From an uncultured Ruminococcus sp. (GTDB lineage Bacteria > Bacillota > Clostridia > Oscillospirales > Acutalibacteraceae): 64,000 nucleotides of DNA. Position 1 is the stretch's first letter, and every line of letters begins with the position of its first letter. The DNA lies in contig CADBCC010000008.1 of NCBI GenBank assembly GCA_902793125.1, forward strand, positions 1,492 to 65,491, given 5' to 3'. The notes below the pieces were generated by a model. The model saw only the letters and a program-made list of their open reading frames with translations, did not search any database and was not told the origin of the DNA. Both the position numbers and the translations under genes were made by a program. This document shows positions 8,191 to 16,529 of the stretch, piece by piece.

Positions 8191-9081
8191 ATGGAAGAGA
8201 ACAGGAAAGCAATTATCAATGGATTTCTCGATATTACCAAACATTGGAATAACCCGAGAAAGTTTCTCAAAGATAATTATGATAAAGCAATCTGGTGTGC
8301 AATCGCAGACTTTACTTTTAGAACTACGGATAGAGTGCCTGAGAGTACTGCTGATAAAGTCGGAATGGAAGGCTTGTTCAATGCTTTGTGCCCTGAAAAC
8401 AGCGAGGATTCGTTGAAAAAGAGATTTATACATTATTTTGAAGAGGAGCAGAGGGAAGAAACGGAATTTGACACATGGCACGATACAACTTGTGGATATG
8501 TTTTGGACACTCTTCAAAAAATGTATAATGTACATTATGGGAAAGCACAAAAAATTGTAAATATGACATTTAAATATCTTTATTGTGTTATGGATGATAA
8601 AGAGGATTATTTTATGTTCTGTCATGTTCCTCTTGATTCTATCATCCTTGACTGGATATGGAGCATAAAAGATCAGATGAGCGACGCTTATCAATCTATC
8701 ATAGAAAATAATCCCAACCAAAAGAATCTGCCACAGAAACTACAGCATGGTTACTTTAAATCCTGGAGTAATCTAGATAATGACGGTGGTTTGGTTATAA
8801 AGGATAAAAAGCATTATTCATATCTATTTTATCAGAAGTTGCTCAGAGCATATTGCAAAGAGAAAGGAAACAAATACACGCCGCTTCAGCTTGAATTCTG
8901 TGCATGGACACAATTCCAATGGGAGCGTGCAGCCACAGAAATGTGTAAATATTCGCACTGGTTGTTGAAAGAAAAGAATTTGGGAAAAAAATATGGGGCA
9001 AAAGACTTGAAAAATGTATTAACAGAAGTACTGAATCAAGAATTAAAACTCATAGATTGGAATACACTTTCTTACGAATAA
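8191..9081 (+). CDS. hypothetical protein
   Basis: 296-aa ORF 44 nt downstream of the ATPase gene with an AAGGAAA RBS. No assignable motif. Confidence 0.55.
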   Translation: MEENRKAIINGFLDITKHWNNPRKFLKDNYDKAIWCAIADFTFRTTDRVPESTADKVGMEGLFNALCPENSEDSLKKRFIHYFEEEQREETEFDTWHDTTCGYVLDTLQKMYNVHYGKAQKIVNMTFKYLYCVMDDKEDYFMFCHVPLDSIILDWIWSIKDQMSDAYQSIIENNPNQKNLPQKLQHGYFKSWSNLDNDGGLVIKDKKHYSYLFYQKLLRAYCKEKGNKYTPLQLEFCAWTQFQWERAATEMCKYSHWLLKEKNLGKKYGAKDLKNVLTEVLNQELKLIDWNTLSYE

Positions 9082-9316
9082 TCCCATATTGACGATAAAA
9101 ATATAATTTGATAAAATTACAGTGTAATATTATTGATAATCAAGCGGACATAGATTATTAATAATTTGCTCCAAACCCACAGATGTTAATATTTGCAGGA
9201 GTTGTTTCGAAGTAAAGTGTTCGTGATTCGAAACTTCTGACTTAAAAATGGCTCTCGGTAGCCGGTTATCTCATTGCGGTATTAGTTAGTGAATCCGTGG
9301 AGAAAGGAGACAGGCT

Positions 9317-9502
9317 ATGGCTAAAAAGAAAGGCGTATCAGGTAAAACGCATACTCAGAAACAACTTGATGATTACGCTAACCAGAATAACCCTAATAAC
9401 AAAGCTTACAAAGCCAAAAAGAAAAACCGCAGGGTACAGAAAGAAAAAAAGTACGACTACGGTATTCTTGAAGGCGAAAGCTACGGTTGGTGTGACGACT
9501 GA
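9317..9502 (+). CDS. small basic protein (61 aa)
   Basis: GGAGAAAGGAGA RBS and a downstream intrinsic terminator. Contains a QLDDYANQNNPNNKAYKA motif seen in many small bacterial proteins of unknown function (from memory). Confidence 0.55.
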   Translation: MAKKKGVSGKTHTQKQLDDYANQNNPNNKAYKAKKKNRRVQKEKKYDYGILEGESYGWCDD

Positions 9503-9544
9503 TTTCAGGGATTTTTAGTTTAGCAACAAAGAAATAATTCTTTA

Positions 9545-9575
9545 GCGCCATAGGAAACTATGGCGTTTTCTTTTT
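9545..9575 (+). terminator. rho-independent terminator
   Basis: GCGCCATAG-GAAA-CTATGGCG followed by TTTTCTTTTT. Confidence 0.8.
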
Positions 9576-9603
9576 CTGCACCTTTTCGCCGTAGAAATAC
9601 CTT

Positions 9604-9642
9604 TAGAAGAAAACAGGCTGTACCCCGAAAAGGAGCACAGCC
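9604..9642 (-). terminator. terminator of the three-gene operon
   Basis: The minus strand reads GGCTGTGCTCC-TTTTC-GGGGTACAGCC followed by TGTTTTCTTC, directly downstream of the RES gene stop. Confidence 0.6.
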
Positions 9643-9650
9643 ATAATTTA

Positions 9651-10751
9651 TCATTTTACAACATTATAATCATATCGTAGATTATCAATTTTAAAAGTTT
9701 TTACAGATGTACATTTGAATAAATCTGGATAGAATACTGCTAAATTATATCCGCCTTGATTTAGTGTGCTTGTATATTCCACCCCTTCAAAAGGTTTTCC
9801 TTTTTCATATTCAAGTGTTTTTATAAAATCACATAAATACTGAGTTGGGACATAATCAAGCGGATTATCACTGCTCCTTAATGCTCGACCCATTTCCTGA
9901 TCGATTTTTTGGAGAACCGGCTTATTAATCAAATATTCCAGAAAATCAAAATCTTCATTAAAAGGACTAAATTGACTAATAAGTTTAAAATCAATAACCG
10001 ATATATCTTTTTGTAATTTAAATCGTCCAATATTGATAACATCAAATGCACCGGACCGTATTTCATGTATACATGTTTGTTCGCTATCCGCTAGATATAA
10101 TCTGCTTACTCCACTGGAATTTGCTCTACCTTCTCGAGCAAATTGTACGGGAGGGGCTCCCATTTCTTTCCGAGTATACTTTGTGTTTCCATGTCTCAAA
10201 CGTCCGCGAAATAGAATTACATTTTTTCTATAATCTTTTCGTAAATACGAAAGATAGGTTTTTAATTTATCAAGATTAATATAATCTGTATGGAATCGAT
10301 TATCGTGTTTTATGGAAGCAACAAAATCTTCCCAAGTATGATCTGATAAAATAGAGTGTTTTATTTTATAATCGTTATCGTATTTTTCAGGTACACCTAC
10401 AGGTGCATCAAATAGTTTGGGCGTATCAATGTATAGTGAGGAAGAAAGATTTATGATTATATCATAAATACTATGAGAATCTAATGATTCAGAAAAAATA
10501 TTCCATTCGTTTTTTAGCTCATCTGCAATCATATGTACATCCGCAGTATCATACCCTGAGGGCAACAACTCTTGTGGAGTATATATTGAAATCAAATCAT
10601 TTAAAAAATCTTTTAGGCTAATATTTTTATCTGTATCATATAAAAACACATTCTTTTTTCCGCAAACAGGACAATTCCCTTTTGCTTTTGAAGAACTTTC
10701 AATAATAGCTCTTACCTGACGATCTCTAAAACATTCATTGCAAAAAATCAT
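9651..10751 (-). CDS. zinc-ribbon N-terminal domain fused to a RES domain (predicted NAD+-consuming effector)
   Basis: N-terminal CNEC...CPVC zinc ribbon. C-terminal RES signature: REGRANSSGVSRLYLADSEQTCIHEIR (Arg, Glu) and EGVEYTSTLNQGGYNLAVF (Ser). GAGGAG RBS. The start overlaps the upstream stop (ATGA). Confidence 0.8.
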   Translation of the reverse strand: MIFCNECFRDRQVRAIIESSSKAKGNCPVCGKKNVFLYDTDKNISLKDFLNDLISIYTPQELLPSGYDTADVHMIADELKNEWNIFSESLDSHSIYDIIINLSSSLYIDTPKLFDAPVGVPEKYDNDYKIKHSILSDHTWEDFVASIKHDNRFHTDYINLDKLKTYLSYLRKDYRKNVILFRGRLRHGNTKYTRKEMGAPPVQFAREGRANSSGVSRLYLADSEQTCIHEIRSGAFDVINIGRFKLQKDISVIDFKLISQFSPFNEDFDFLEYLINKPVLQKIDQEMGRALRSSDNPLDYVPTQYLCDFIKTLEYEKGKPFEGVEYTSTLNQGGYNLAVFYPDLFKCTSVKTFKIDNLRYDYNVVK

Positions 10752-11698
10752 GACTGCTCCTCAATTTCGTCTAGCATTGTGCCAACCATTTCTATATGAT
10801 GCATGATAGATAATCTTTTTATAACTCCTAATCCAGAATAGGATTGTTGTTCGTACATCTCATTAAATTTTTGAATTGCAAGAGTATTTAATTTTTGTTC
10901 TTGATTCCATTTAACCAATTTTGTTAATGCTTCGTAAAACTTATTTGCTGGGTCAGAAGTATCTGTGTTACTATCAGAGACAAAATGATGTATTCTTAAG
11001 GATTTTTCTTCACCCTCGGAAGGATATACTATATGAATTGCGACCGCATAAGGTGCAAACCCTGACTCATAATAATCCTGCCCAACGATCGAAAAATCCG
11101 AAAAGCCAGTATATCCGTCCTCAGAATAATAAATATGATCATCAGAAAAAAACTCATCTTCACACAATAGATAATCATTATTACGAGCCAGCTTATTAAA
11201 CTTATCATCTATCATTATTCGATCGCCTTTGCGAACACGCCTAAATGAAGGTGAATAAGGTATAACACAGTATTTTGGATTGTTTTCAGAAAATGCAGAA
11301 AGCAAGTAATCAATATTATCATTGTTCATACAAATGGCAACCATTCTATCAAAAGGAATATTTTTTTTGCGTAAGCCACTTACTTCCTCGCTGCACCGAT
11401 GATTAACAATTATACCGGATAATACAGATTCTTTTATTTCAACAGAGCTAAATTGTTCCTTCAATTTAGTATTTTTATCCAGTTGCAAATCTGTGACAAA
11501 ACTTCCAACCGAAGGATTAACAATTAGAATAATAGGTTTTTTGTTTTCAATAAAAGTTTGGAGAGTGTTAATTAATGTCGATGTTACTTTTACCGGCTCA
11601 ACAATAGGTATAATCTTTTTGCTTAATCTTCCGTTAGTAATTAATTCACGTAAGGCTATTAATTCATTTTGTCTACCTCTTAAATATGGAAAATACAT
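10748..11698 (-). CDS. Beta-protein / sce7725-like family protein
   Basis: The N-terminus MYFPYLRGRQNELIALREL matches my recollection of the Pfam Beta_protein / NCBIfam sce7725 family start (YxPxLRGKxxELxAL). AGGAGG RBS 9 nt upstream. Confidence 0.6.
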   Translation of the reverse strand: MYFPYLRGRQNELIALRELITNGRLSKKIIPIVEPVKVTSTLINTLQTFIENKKPIILIVNPSVGSFVTDLQLDKNTKLKEQFSSVEIKESVLSGIIVNHRCSEEVSGLRKKNIPFDRMVAICMNNDNIDYLLSAFSENNPKYCVIPYSPSFRRVRKGDRIMIDDKFNKLARNNDYLLCEDEFFSDDHIYYSEDGYTGFSDFSIVGQDYYESGFAPYAVAIHIVYPSEGEEKSLRIHHFVSDSNTDTSDPANKFYEALTKLVKWNQEQKLNTLAIQKFNEMYEQQSYSGLGVIKRLSIMHHIEMVGTMLDEIEEQS

Positions 11699-11704
11699 AA
11701 AACA

Positions 11705-12556
11705 CTATCCTCCTATAATGCTACCAGATAAAAAGGTTGCCAGTTTTGTATAATCATTCTTATTATAGTGTGAAAAATAAACCAAAGACTTCAGTTCTTT
11801 CGGTACTTTTTCAAAGGATAAAATATCAGATACTTTGTTCCTAGTTTTTAATGTTTCCAGAAACAACTTATATGCTTTGTCTTTGGGAATATCTAAAAAA
11901 AGATCTTTACATTTAGAGTAATACTTTACCTGAGTAGTTACCGGTAATTTACCGTAATAATTCATAATAATTTGTTCATATTCAGGCTTATTTAAAATCT
12001 TAAACATAATTTCTAAGTCTAAAGCGTCATTATTGGGATTAGGGTCTTTCAGTTTTTGTATTCTATCTTTTGATGATAAAACATAAATTCCAACATCGGT
12101 ATTTTTATATTTTTCAAGCAATGTTTGTGCAAACTCGTTACAAGTAATAACACACACATGATTAAATGCCGTGTAATAGTTTTTTATCTGACTATCTAAT
12201 CTTTCAAGATTATCAAGTTCCGTTTTTATTTCATAAACAACTGCTTTTCCGTTTATTAATATAAAGTCAGCTTTAGATGTAGAAACAGGAATTTCTGTTA
12301 ATGCTGTGGTCGTGTTGATATTATGTACTCCCAGTAATAGTTTATTTAAAATTGTATTTTTATAGTAATACTCATTTCTATATTTTTTTCGCATAAAATC
12401 ATATATTCTGTTAATGGCGTCAGCATTTGTTTTTGCCGCTTCAGGGTCAACGTATCTTTTAACAATATTAGTGTATACCCCGCTATCCATTTTTTCAATC
12501 AACTCATGGAATACGGCTATTGTAAACAGCCGATTTAATATTATATTGTTTGCCAT
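11705..12556 (-). CDS. PD-(D/E)xK nuclease-fold protein (sce7726-like)
   Basis: Start set at the internal ATG preceded by AAAGGAGGA. Has a SKADFILINGKAVVYEIKTELDNLERL (D...E.K) core. The position next to a sce7725-like gene fits the sce7725/sce7726 pair (from memory). Confidence 0.6.
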   Translation of the reverse strand: MANNIILNRLFTIAVFHELIEKMDSGVYTNIVKRYVDPEAAKTNADAINRIYDFMRKKYRNEYYYKNTILNKLLLGVHNINTTTALTEIPVSTSKADFILINGKAVVYEIKTELDNLERLDSQIKNYYTAFNHVCVITCNEFAQTLLEKYKNTDVGIYVLSSKDRIQKLKDPNPNNDALDLEIMFKILNKPEYEQIIMNYYGKLPVTTQVKYYSKCKDLFLDIPKDKAYKLFLETLKTRNKVSDILSFEKVPKELKSLVYFSHYNKNDYTKLATFLSGSIIGG

Positions 12557-12595
12557 AGCCGAATCCTCCTTTTTAAGCAATATTTCCTTAAAATA

Positions 12596-12624
12596 ATTAT
12601 ACCAAATAAAACCTCTTTATGCAA
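12596..12624 (-). promoter_or_regulatory. sigma-A type promoter of the three-gene operon
   Basis: The minus strand reads TTGCAT, 17 nt, TATAAT, about 40 nt upstream of the first ATG. Confidence 0.65.
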
Positions 12625-12720
12625 TATTAATAACTCAATTGATACTATAGTTTTCATTTTTATAATATATTTTTCTTATAAACATCAAATCCTCAAAAAC
12701 CTAATATAACGGCAAAAAGA

Positions 12721-12763
12721 AAAATCGCTTAGATACCAATGAATGGCTTGTCTAAGCGATTTT
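12721..12763 (-). terminator. hairpin terminator following the duplicated tRNA 3' fragment
   Basis: 13-bp stem AAAATCGCTTAGA / TCTAAGCGATTTT. The minus strand continues TTTTTCTTTTT. Confidence 0.65.
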
Positions 12764-12764
12764 T

Positions 12765-12778
12765 TGGAGCTGATAGGC
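12765..12778. repeat. direct repeat copy of the tRNA-Thr 3' end (att-like)
   Basis: TGGAGCTGATAGGC is identical to 13009-13022 inside the tRNA gene. Confidence 0.8.
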
Positions 12779-12963
12779 GAGGTTTTATTAATAGAAAACA
12801 CCTGCCTCGTTTGTGGGGTTCACGTAAAGAGATTATGTTTCATCTTCGCGGCGGGCTAAAAACGGGCTAAAAACATTTCCCCGAAATGTTTTTACCGTCG
12901 GACTGCGGCGACTTCGCGCCTTGTCCTCGGCACGCCCTGTTCGAGCCTGCCTCTCATCTCTGA

Positions 12964-13006
12964 ACGTAAAAAGAAAACAGAGCAGTCGGGTGACTACTCT
13001 GTTTTC
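12964..13006 (-). terminator. terminator immediately after tRNA-Thr
   Basis: The minus strand reads GAAAACAGAG, a 14-nt loop, CTCTGTTTTC, then TTTTT. Confidence 0.65.
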
Positions 13007-13008
13007 TA

Positions 13009-13084
<76 letters not shown>

Positions 13085-13113
13085 TAATCGACTGTTTTTT
13101 CAGTCCGTCTAAT

Positions 13114-13142
13114 ATAATAACACAATCGTTTATTAATTTCAA
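13114..13142 (-). promoter_or_regulatory. putative tRNA-Thr promoter
   Basis: The minus strand reads TTGAAA, 17 nt, TATTAT, about 30 nt upstream of the tRNA 5' end. Confidence 0.45.
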
Positions 13143-13212
13143 TAGTTTTCTTTAAGTAATGAGAAATAACTGTCGGTATCTTGAATTTAAAAATTTTAGA
13201 TTATAAAAAGAC

Positions 13213-13911
13213 TTAATGTTTATACTGATAAATATATCCCGTTACGATATTTCCCTCATATGTAAATGTCAGCGTAAGCGAGCCTGAACCGAAAACATAC
13301 TCGGTGTCGGTCATTTTATTCGCGTCGCCGTAGTATCTTTTTAGTCTTGAGGCATACATTCCGATTTTTGCGCCTTTGGTTGTAGTTACTCCTTCGCCGA
13401 CTATTTCAATAGAATCCACCCGCTCGGTTTTACCGTCTTTATACGTTGTAATAATAAAGTCATCGTACTCGTATTCCATCCTGTTGTTCGAAAGCTCGCC
13501 CTCGGCGTAGTCGTCGCCGAACCACTTAAAGATTTCTTCAACCTTCTGTTTCAGTTTAAGCGTTTTCTTTTTATAAACAAAATTTAAATCATTAGCGGAA
13601 AAGCTTCCCTTTTTCGGCTGAGTTACGGCAACGTGGGTATTAGGCTTTGTTTTCCCCTGTGTCGGAGGTTTGGTTGTCGGGGCTGTAGTTGTTTTCTTCT
13701 CTTTCTTTTCGGTGGGTTTGGTTGTAGCTTTCTTTTTTGAATTTTTAACCTTTTTATTCTCGACTTTTACTTCTGTAGGTTTTTCGGAAGCGGTTTCGGA
13801 AGCGGGAATATCGGTTACCGTCGGTTCGGCTTCCGCAGACTGTCCGTTTGAACAGGACGCCGCTGTTATTATTACCGTAAGAAGCATAAAGAGCGTTATC
13901 AGTTTTTTCAT
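13213..13911 (-). CDS. lipoprotein, unknown function
   Basis: Signal peptide with lipobox (LTVIITAASC), Lys/Thr/Pro-rich linker and a C-terminal globular domain. Confidence 0.75.
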   Translation of the reverse strand: MKKLITLFMLLTVIITAASCSNGQSAEAEPTVTDIPASETASEKPTEVKVENKKVKNSKKKATTKPTEKKEKKTTTAPTTKPPTQGKTKPNTHVAVTQPKKGSFSANDLNFVYKKKTLKLKQKVEEIFKWFGDDYAEGELSNNRMEYEYDDFIITTYKDGKTERVDSIEIVGEGVTTTKGAKIGMYASRLKRYYGDANKMTDTEYVFGSGSLTLTFTYEGNIVTGYIYQYKH

Positions 13912-14048
13912 ATTCTTTCTCCCTAAAAGTTCTGGTAGTTATTATAACATAAACATTTTTATTTAACAACATTTTATTGCGCACAAATCTTGAAATAATA
14001 AAATTATAATAGTATAATGAGGGTGGATTAAATTTGGGAGTGTATGAA

Positions 14049-14771
14049 ATGTTAAAATATATCTTTTTCGATTTAGACGGGACTATGCTTCCGATGGATC
14101 AGAATTATTTTATTAAAGTTTATTTTACCGAGCTTTCCGAGCGTTTTTGTCCGGTACTGAAGCTTGAAAGCGAACAGCTTGTAAAAGCGGTTTGGAAGTC
14201 GACTTCTTCTATGATTAAAAATGACGGAAGCAAATTAAACCGCACGGCTTTCTGGGAAACTTTCGCTAAAATATACGGTAAAGATATTTTAAAGTACATT
14301 AAAGATTTCGACGATTTTTATGTTAACGAATTCAACGAATGTAAAAAAGCCGTAAAATACAACGCGAATATGCCCGAAATTATAAAAACACTTAAAAATA
14401 AAGGGTATAAACTTATCGCCGCGACAAATCCCCTCTTCCCCGAAATCGCGACTAAAAACCGCATAGGCTGGGCGGGAGTTGACTTTAACGATTTTGAGTT
14501 GATTTCAACCTACGAAAACTTCTCAACCTGCAAGCCTAATCCGAAATATTATTTTGAAATATTGGAAAAGATAAAAGCCGAGCCCGAGGAATGTCTTATG
14601 GTCGGCAACGACGTCGACGAGGATGTTCTTTCTTCGGAAAAAGCCGGTATAGACAGCTATCTTGTCACCGATTGCATTATCAACCGTTCGGAATCCGATT
14701 TTTCAAATTATAAACACGGAAGTTTAAGAGATTTCTTAGTTTACTCAAGAACTCTTACGGATGTAAAATAA
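14049..14771 (+). CDS. HAD-superfamily hydrolase
   Basis: Motif I FFDLDGTML and motif IV-like VGNDVDED. ATG at 14049 lies 8 nt after GGGAG; the track start at 14034 is TTG. Confidence 0.85.
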   Translation: MLKYIFFDLDGTMLPMDQNYFIKVYFTELSERFCPVLKLESEQLVKAVWKSTSSMIKNDGSKLNRTAFWETFAKIYGKDILKYIKDFDDFYVNEFNECKKAVKYNANMPEIIKTLKNKGYKLIAATNPLFPEIATKNRIGWAGVDFNDFELISTYENFSTCKPNPKYYFEILEKIKAEPEECLMVGNDVDEDVLSSEKAGIDSYLVTDCIINRSESDFSNYKHGSLRDFLVYSRTLTDVK

Positions 14772-14784
14772 TCAGGAGCTATCA

Positions 14785-15222
14785 ATGTTAAAACTTATAA
14801 AACAGTATTTACCGTTCGCTGTTGTTATCGCGTTTATTTATCTTGTAACGCCTGCGTTTTTTCACAGCGACGAAAGGTTCCACCCGCTCGCGTACCAGTT
14901 TGCTTTTCCGGCAACCGCGCTGCTTTCGGGACTCGCTTTTTCCTGGAAAAGAGGAGTAGACTTTACTTTTCCGCTTATCGCGCCTATAATTTATATCGGC
15001 AGCGTACTGATATACAGCCACTTTTACCATTGGACAATTTACGTATTTATTTACCTTATTGTAGGTATGCTCGGCTGTTTTATCGGAGATATGGTCTACA
15101 AAAACAATCTAAGGGAAAAACAGAAAAAAAAGAACTCTCATACCGACAGCTATAAAATCAAAATCAGCAATATATCGGTAGAGAAAAAAGAGGAGGAAAA
15201 AGAAAATGAAAAGGAAAACTAA
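14785..15222 (+). CDS. membrane protein with Lys/Glu-rich tail
   Basis: Four hydrophobic segments. Co-directional with its neighbours. Confidence 0.65.
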   Translation: MLKLIKQYLPFAVVIAFIYLVTPAFFHSDERFHPLAYQFAFPATALLSGLAFSWKRGVDFTFPLIAPIIYIGSVLIYSHFYHWTIYVFIYLIVGMLGCFIGDMVYKNNLREKQKKKNSHTDSYKIKISNISVEKKEEEKENEKEN

Positions 15223-16405
15223 ATATATTTTTACCTTTTTTCTCTCTTTGGCTGTAGCTTTTTCGGGCATTTACGCGGTATCCGCCTCGGAAAACGCCGT
15301 ATACAATGAACGCGGAAACCGAATTTGCGGCTATCGCCAAAGCGACGGAAGTATTCTTTTTAAACCCTCCGCAACTCCCCGCGAAACGGGAAACGACCTG
15401 CATTATCTTCTCTGCGGAAACAATAAAAAAACTATCGTCCTTCCTAAGAAAAAGATTACTATAATCAGAGTTCTTGAAATCGGCAGCAATACAACTCTAA
15501 TCGCAAACGGCGCCACCGTATATCAGCAGGATAAGAAAAAGCCTTTGCTTCTTAATCGCTGCAGCAAGGTAAATTACTCAGCCGTAAAAAACATAAAAAT
15601 CACCGGCGGAAAATGGTATATTAACGGAAACAAACAAAACAAGCGCCCGACTTCAACTTTTAGATTTGCCCACGCGAGCAATATTACCGTCAAAGGCTGT
15701 TCGATTGACACCAACTACCGATGCCACGCTCTCGAGCTCATAGCCTGTAAAAATGTAACGGTTGACAAATGTAAGCTTTTAGCTAAAGGTAAGAAAGTTT
15801 CGAACTCTCTTGAGGAAGCTTTACAGATTGATATCGCGACAAGAAAAACTTCCCCGACCTTTAAAGATTCTCCGCAAAAATACGTAAATGGTCAGACCTG
15901 TAAAAATATCACCGTTAAAAACTGCACTATTAGGGGCAGCCGCGGAGTCGGCACAAACAGAACCGACACAGAAAACAACAGGTGGCTTAAAAAACACCAC
16001 AGCAATATAAAGATTATAAACAATACCATAACCGGCACAACTTCCGAAGCGGTTGCTCTGCACAACGCCGCGGGAGTTACCGTAAAAAACAACAAAATCT
16101 TTTCGCAGGGAAAACGCACCGGCTCAACATACTCAATCGGTCTTAATGTCGCAAGTTTCGGCAAGACGAGCCTTATTTCAAAAAAGAGCGTAACAATTAC
16201 CGGCAACACAATTAAAGGCGGCCGCCAGGCGATTCAGGTTGTAACATACAAAAACACAAAATCGGGAGCTTACGGCAGCCACAAATTCGGAACGGTAACG
16301 ATAAAGAACAACAAGCTTTATTGTAAGCGCGGTAAAAGCAATTGTATTCTTACAAAATGCTGTAAAAAAGTAAAGAAAAGCGGAAATAAAAACCACGGAT
16401 GGTAA
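15206..16405 (+). CDS. secreted right-handed beta-helix repeat protein
   Basis: Signal peptide. Repeated N(I/V)T(V/I)xxNxI motifs (NITVKGCSI, NVTVDKCKL, NITVKNCTI, IKIINNTITG, VTVKNNKIF, VTITGNTIKG, VTIKNNKLY). Confidence 0.75.
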   Translation: MKRKTKYIFTFFLSLAVAFSGIYAVSASENAVYNERGNRICGYRQSDGSILFKPSATPRETGNDLHYLLCGNNKKTIVLPKKKITIIRVLEIGSNTTLIANGATVYQQDKKKPLLLNRCSKVNYSAVKNIKITGGKWYINGNKQNKRPTSTFRFAHASNITVKGCSIDTNYRCHALELIACKNVTVDKCKLLAKGKKVSNSLEEALQIDIATRKTSPTFKDSPQKYVNGQTCKNITVKNCTIRGSRGVGTNRTDTENNRWLKKHHSNIKIINNTITGTTSEAVALHNAAGVTVKNNKIFSQGKRTGSTYSIGLNVASFGKTSLISKKSVTITGNTIKGGRQAIQVVTYKNTKSGAYGSHKFGTVTIKNNKLYCKRGKSNCILTKCCKKVKKSGNKNHGW

Positions 16406-16411
16406 AAATTT

Positions 16412-16453
16412 TGAGGTTGGTTAAAAAACCAACCTCAGTTTATTTTCTTCGCA
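16412..16453 (+). terminator. rho-independent terminator
   Basis: TGAGGTTGG-TTAAAAAA-CCAACCTCA followed by a T-rich tract. Confidence 0.8.
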
Positions 16454-16529
16454 AATTTAAGTACCGTACATAATTTTAGGGAGTTAACTCTTTCTCGTTT
16501 TCGAGTTTTGAGCCACTCCCGTTTTTTAT

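Noticed and set aside
9297-9518. 73-aa alternative-frame ORF overlapping the small basic protein gene
   Set aside because: Its start sits inside the RBS used by the 9317 ATG. The 9317 frame has the correctly spaced Shine-Dalgarno.
9651-12556. Classic Xre-RES toxin-antitoxin pair
   Set aside because: No HTH/Xre-type antitoxin gene is adjacent. The RES protein is long with a zinc-ribbon N-domain, and it is translationally coupled to two larger proteins instead.
12781-13008. tmRNA or second tRNA between the two copies of the tRNA-Thr 3' end
   Set aside because: Only the last 14 nt of the acceptor end are duplicated. No T-arm/acceptor pairing, tag ORF or cloverleaf can be drawn. The GTTCGAGCCTGCC-like stretch at about 12940 lacks a complementary stem.
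13754-13984. 76-aa minus-strand ORF and 98-aa plus-strand ORF overlapping the lipoprotein gene start
   Set aside because: These are out-of-frame or antisense overlaps with the signal-peptide-bearing lipoprotein ORF. They have no RBS.
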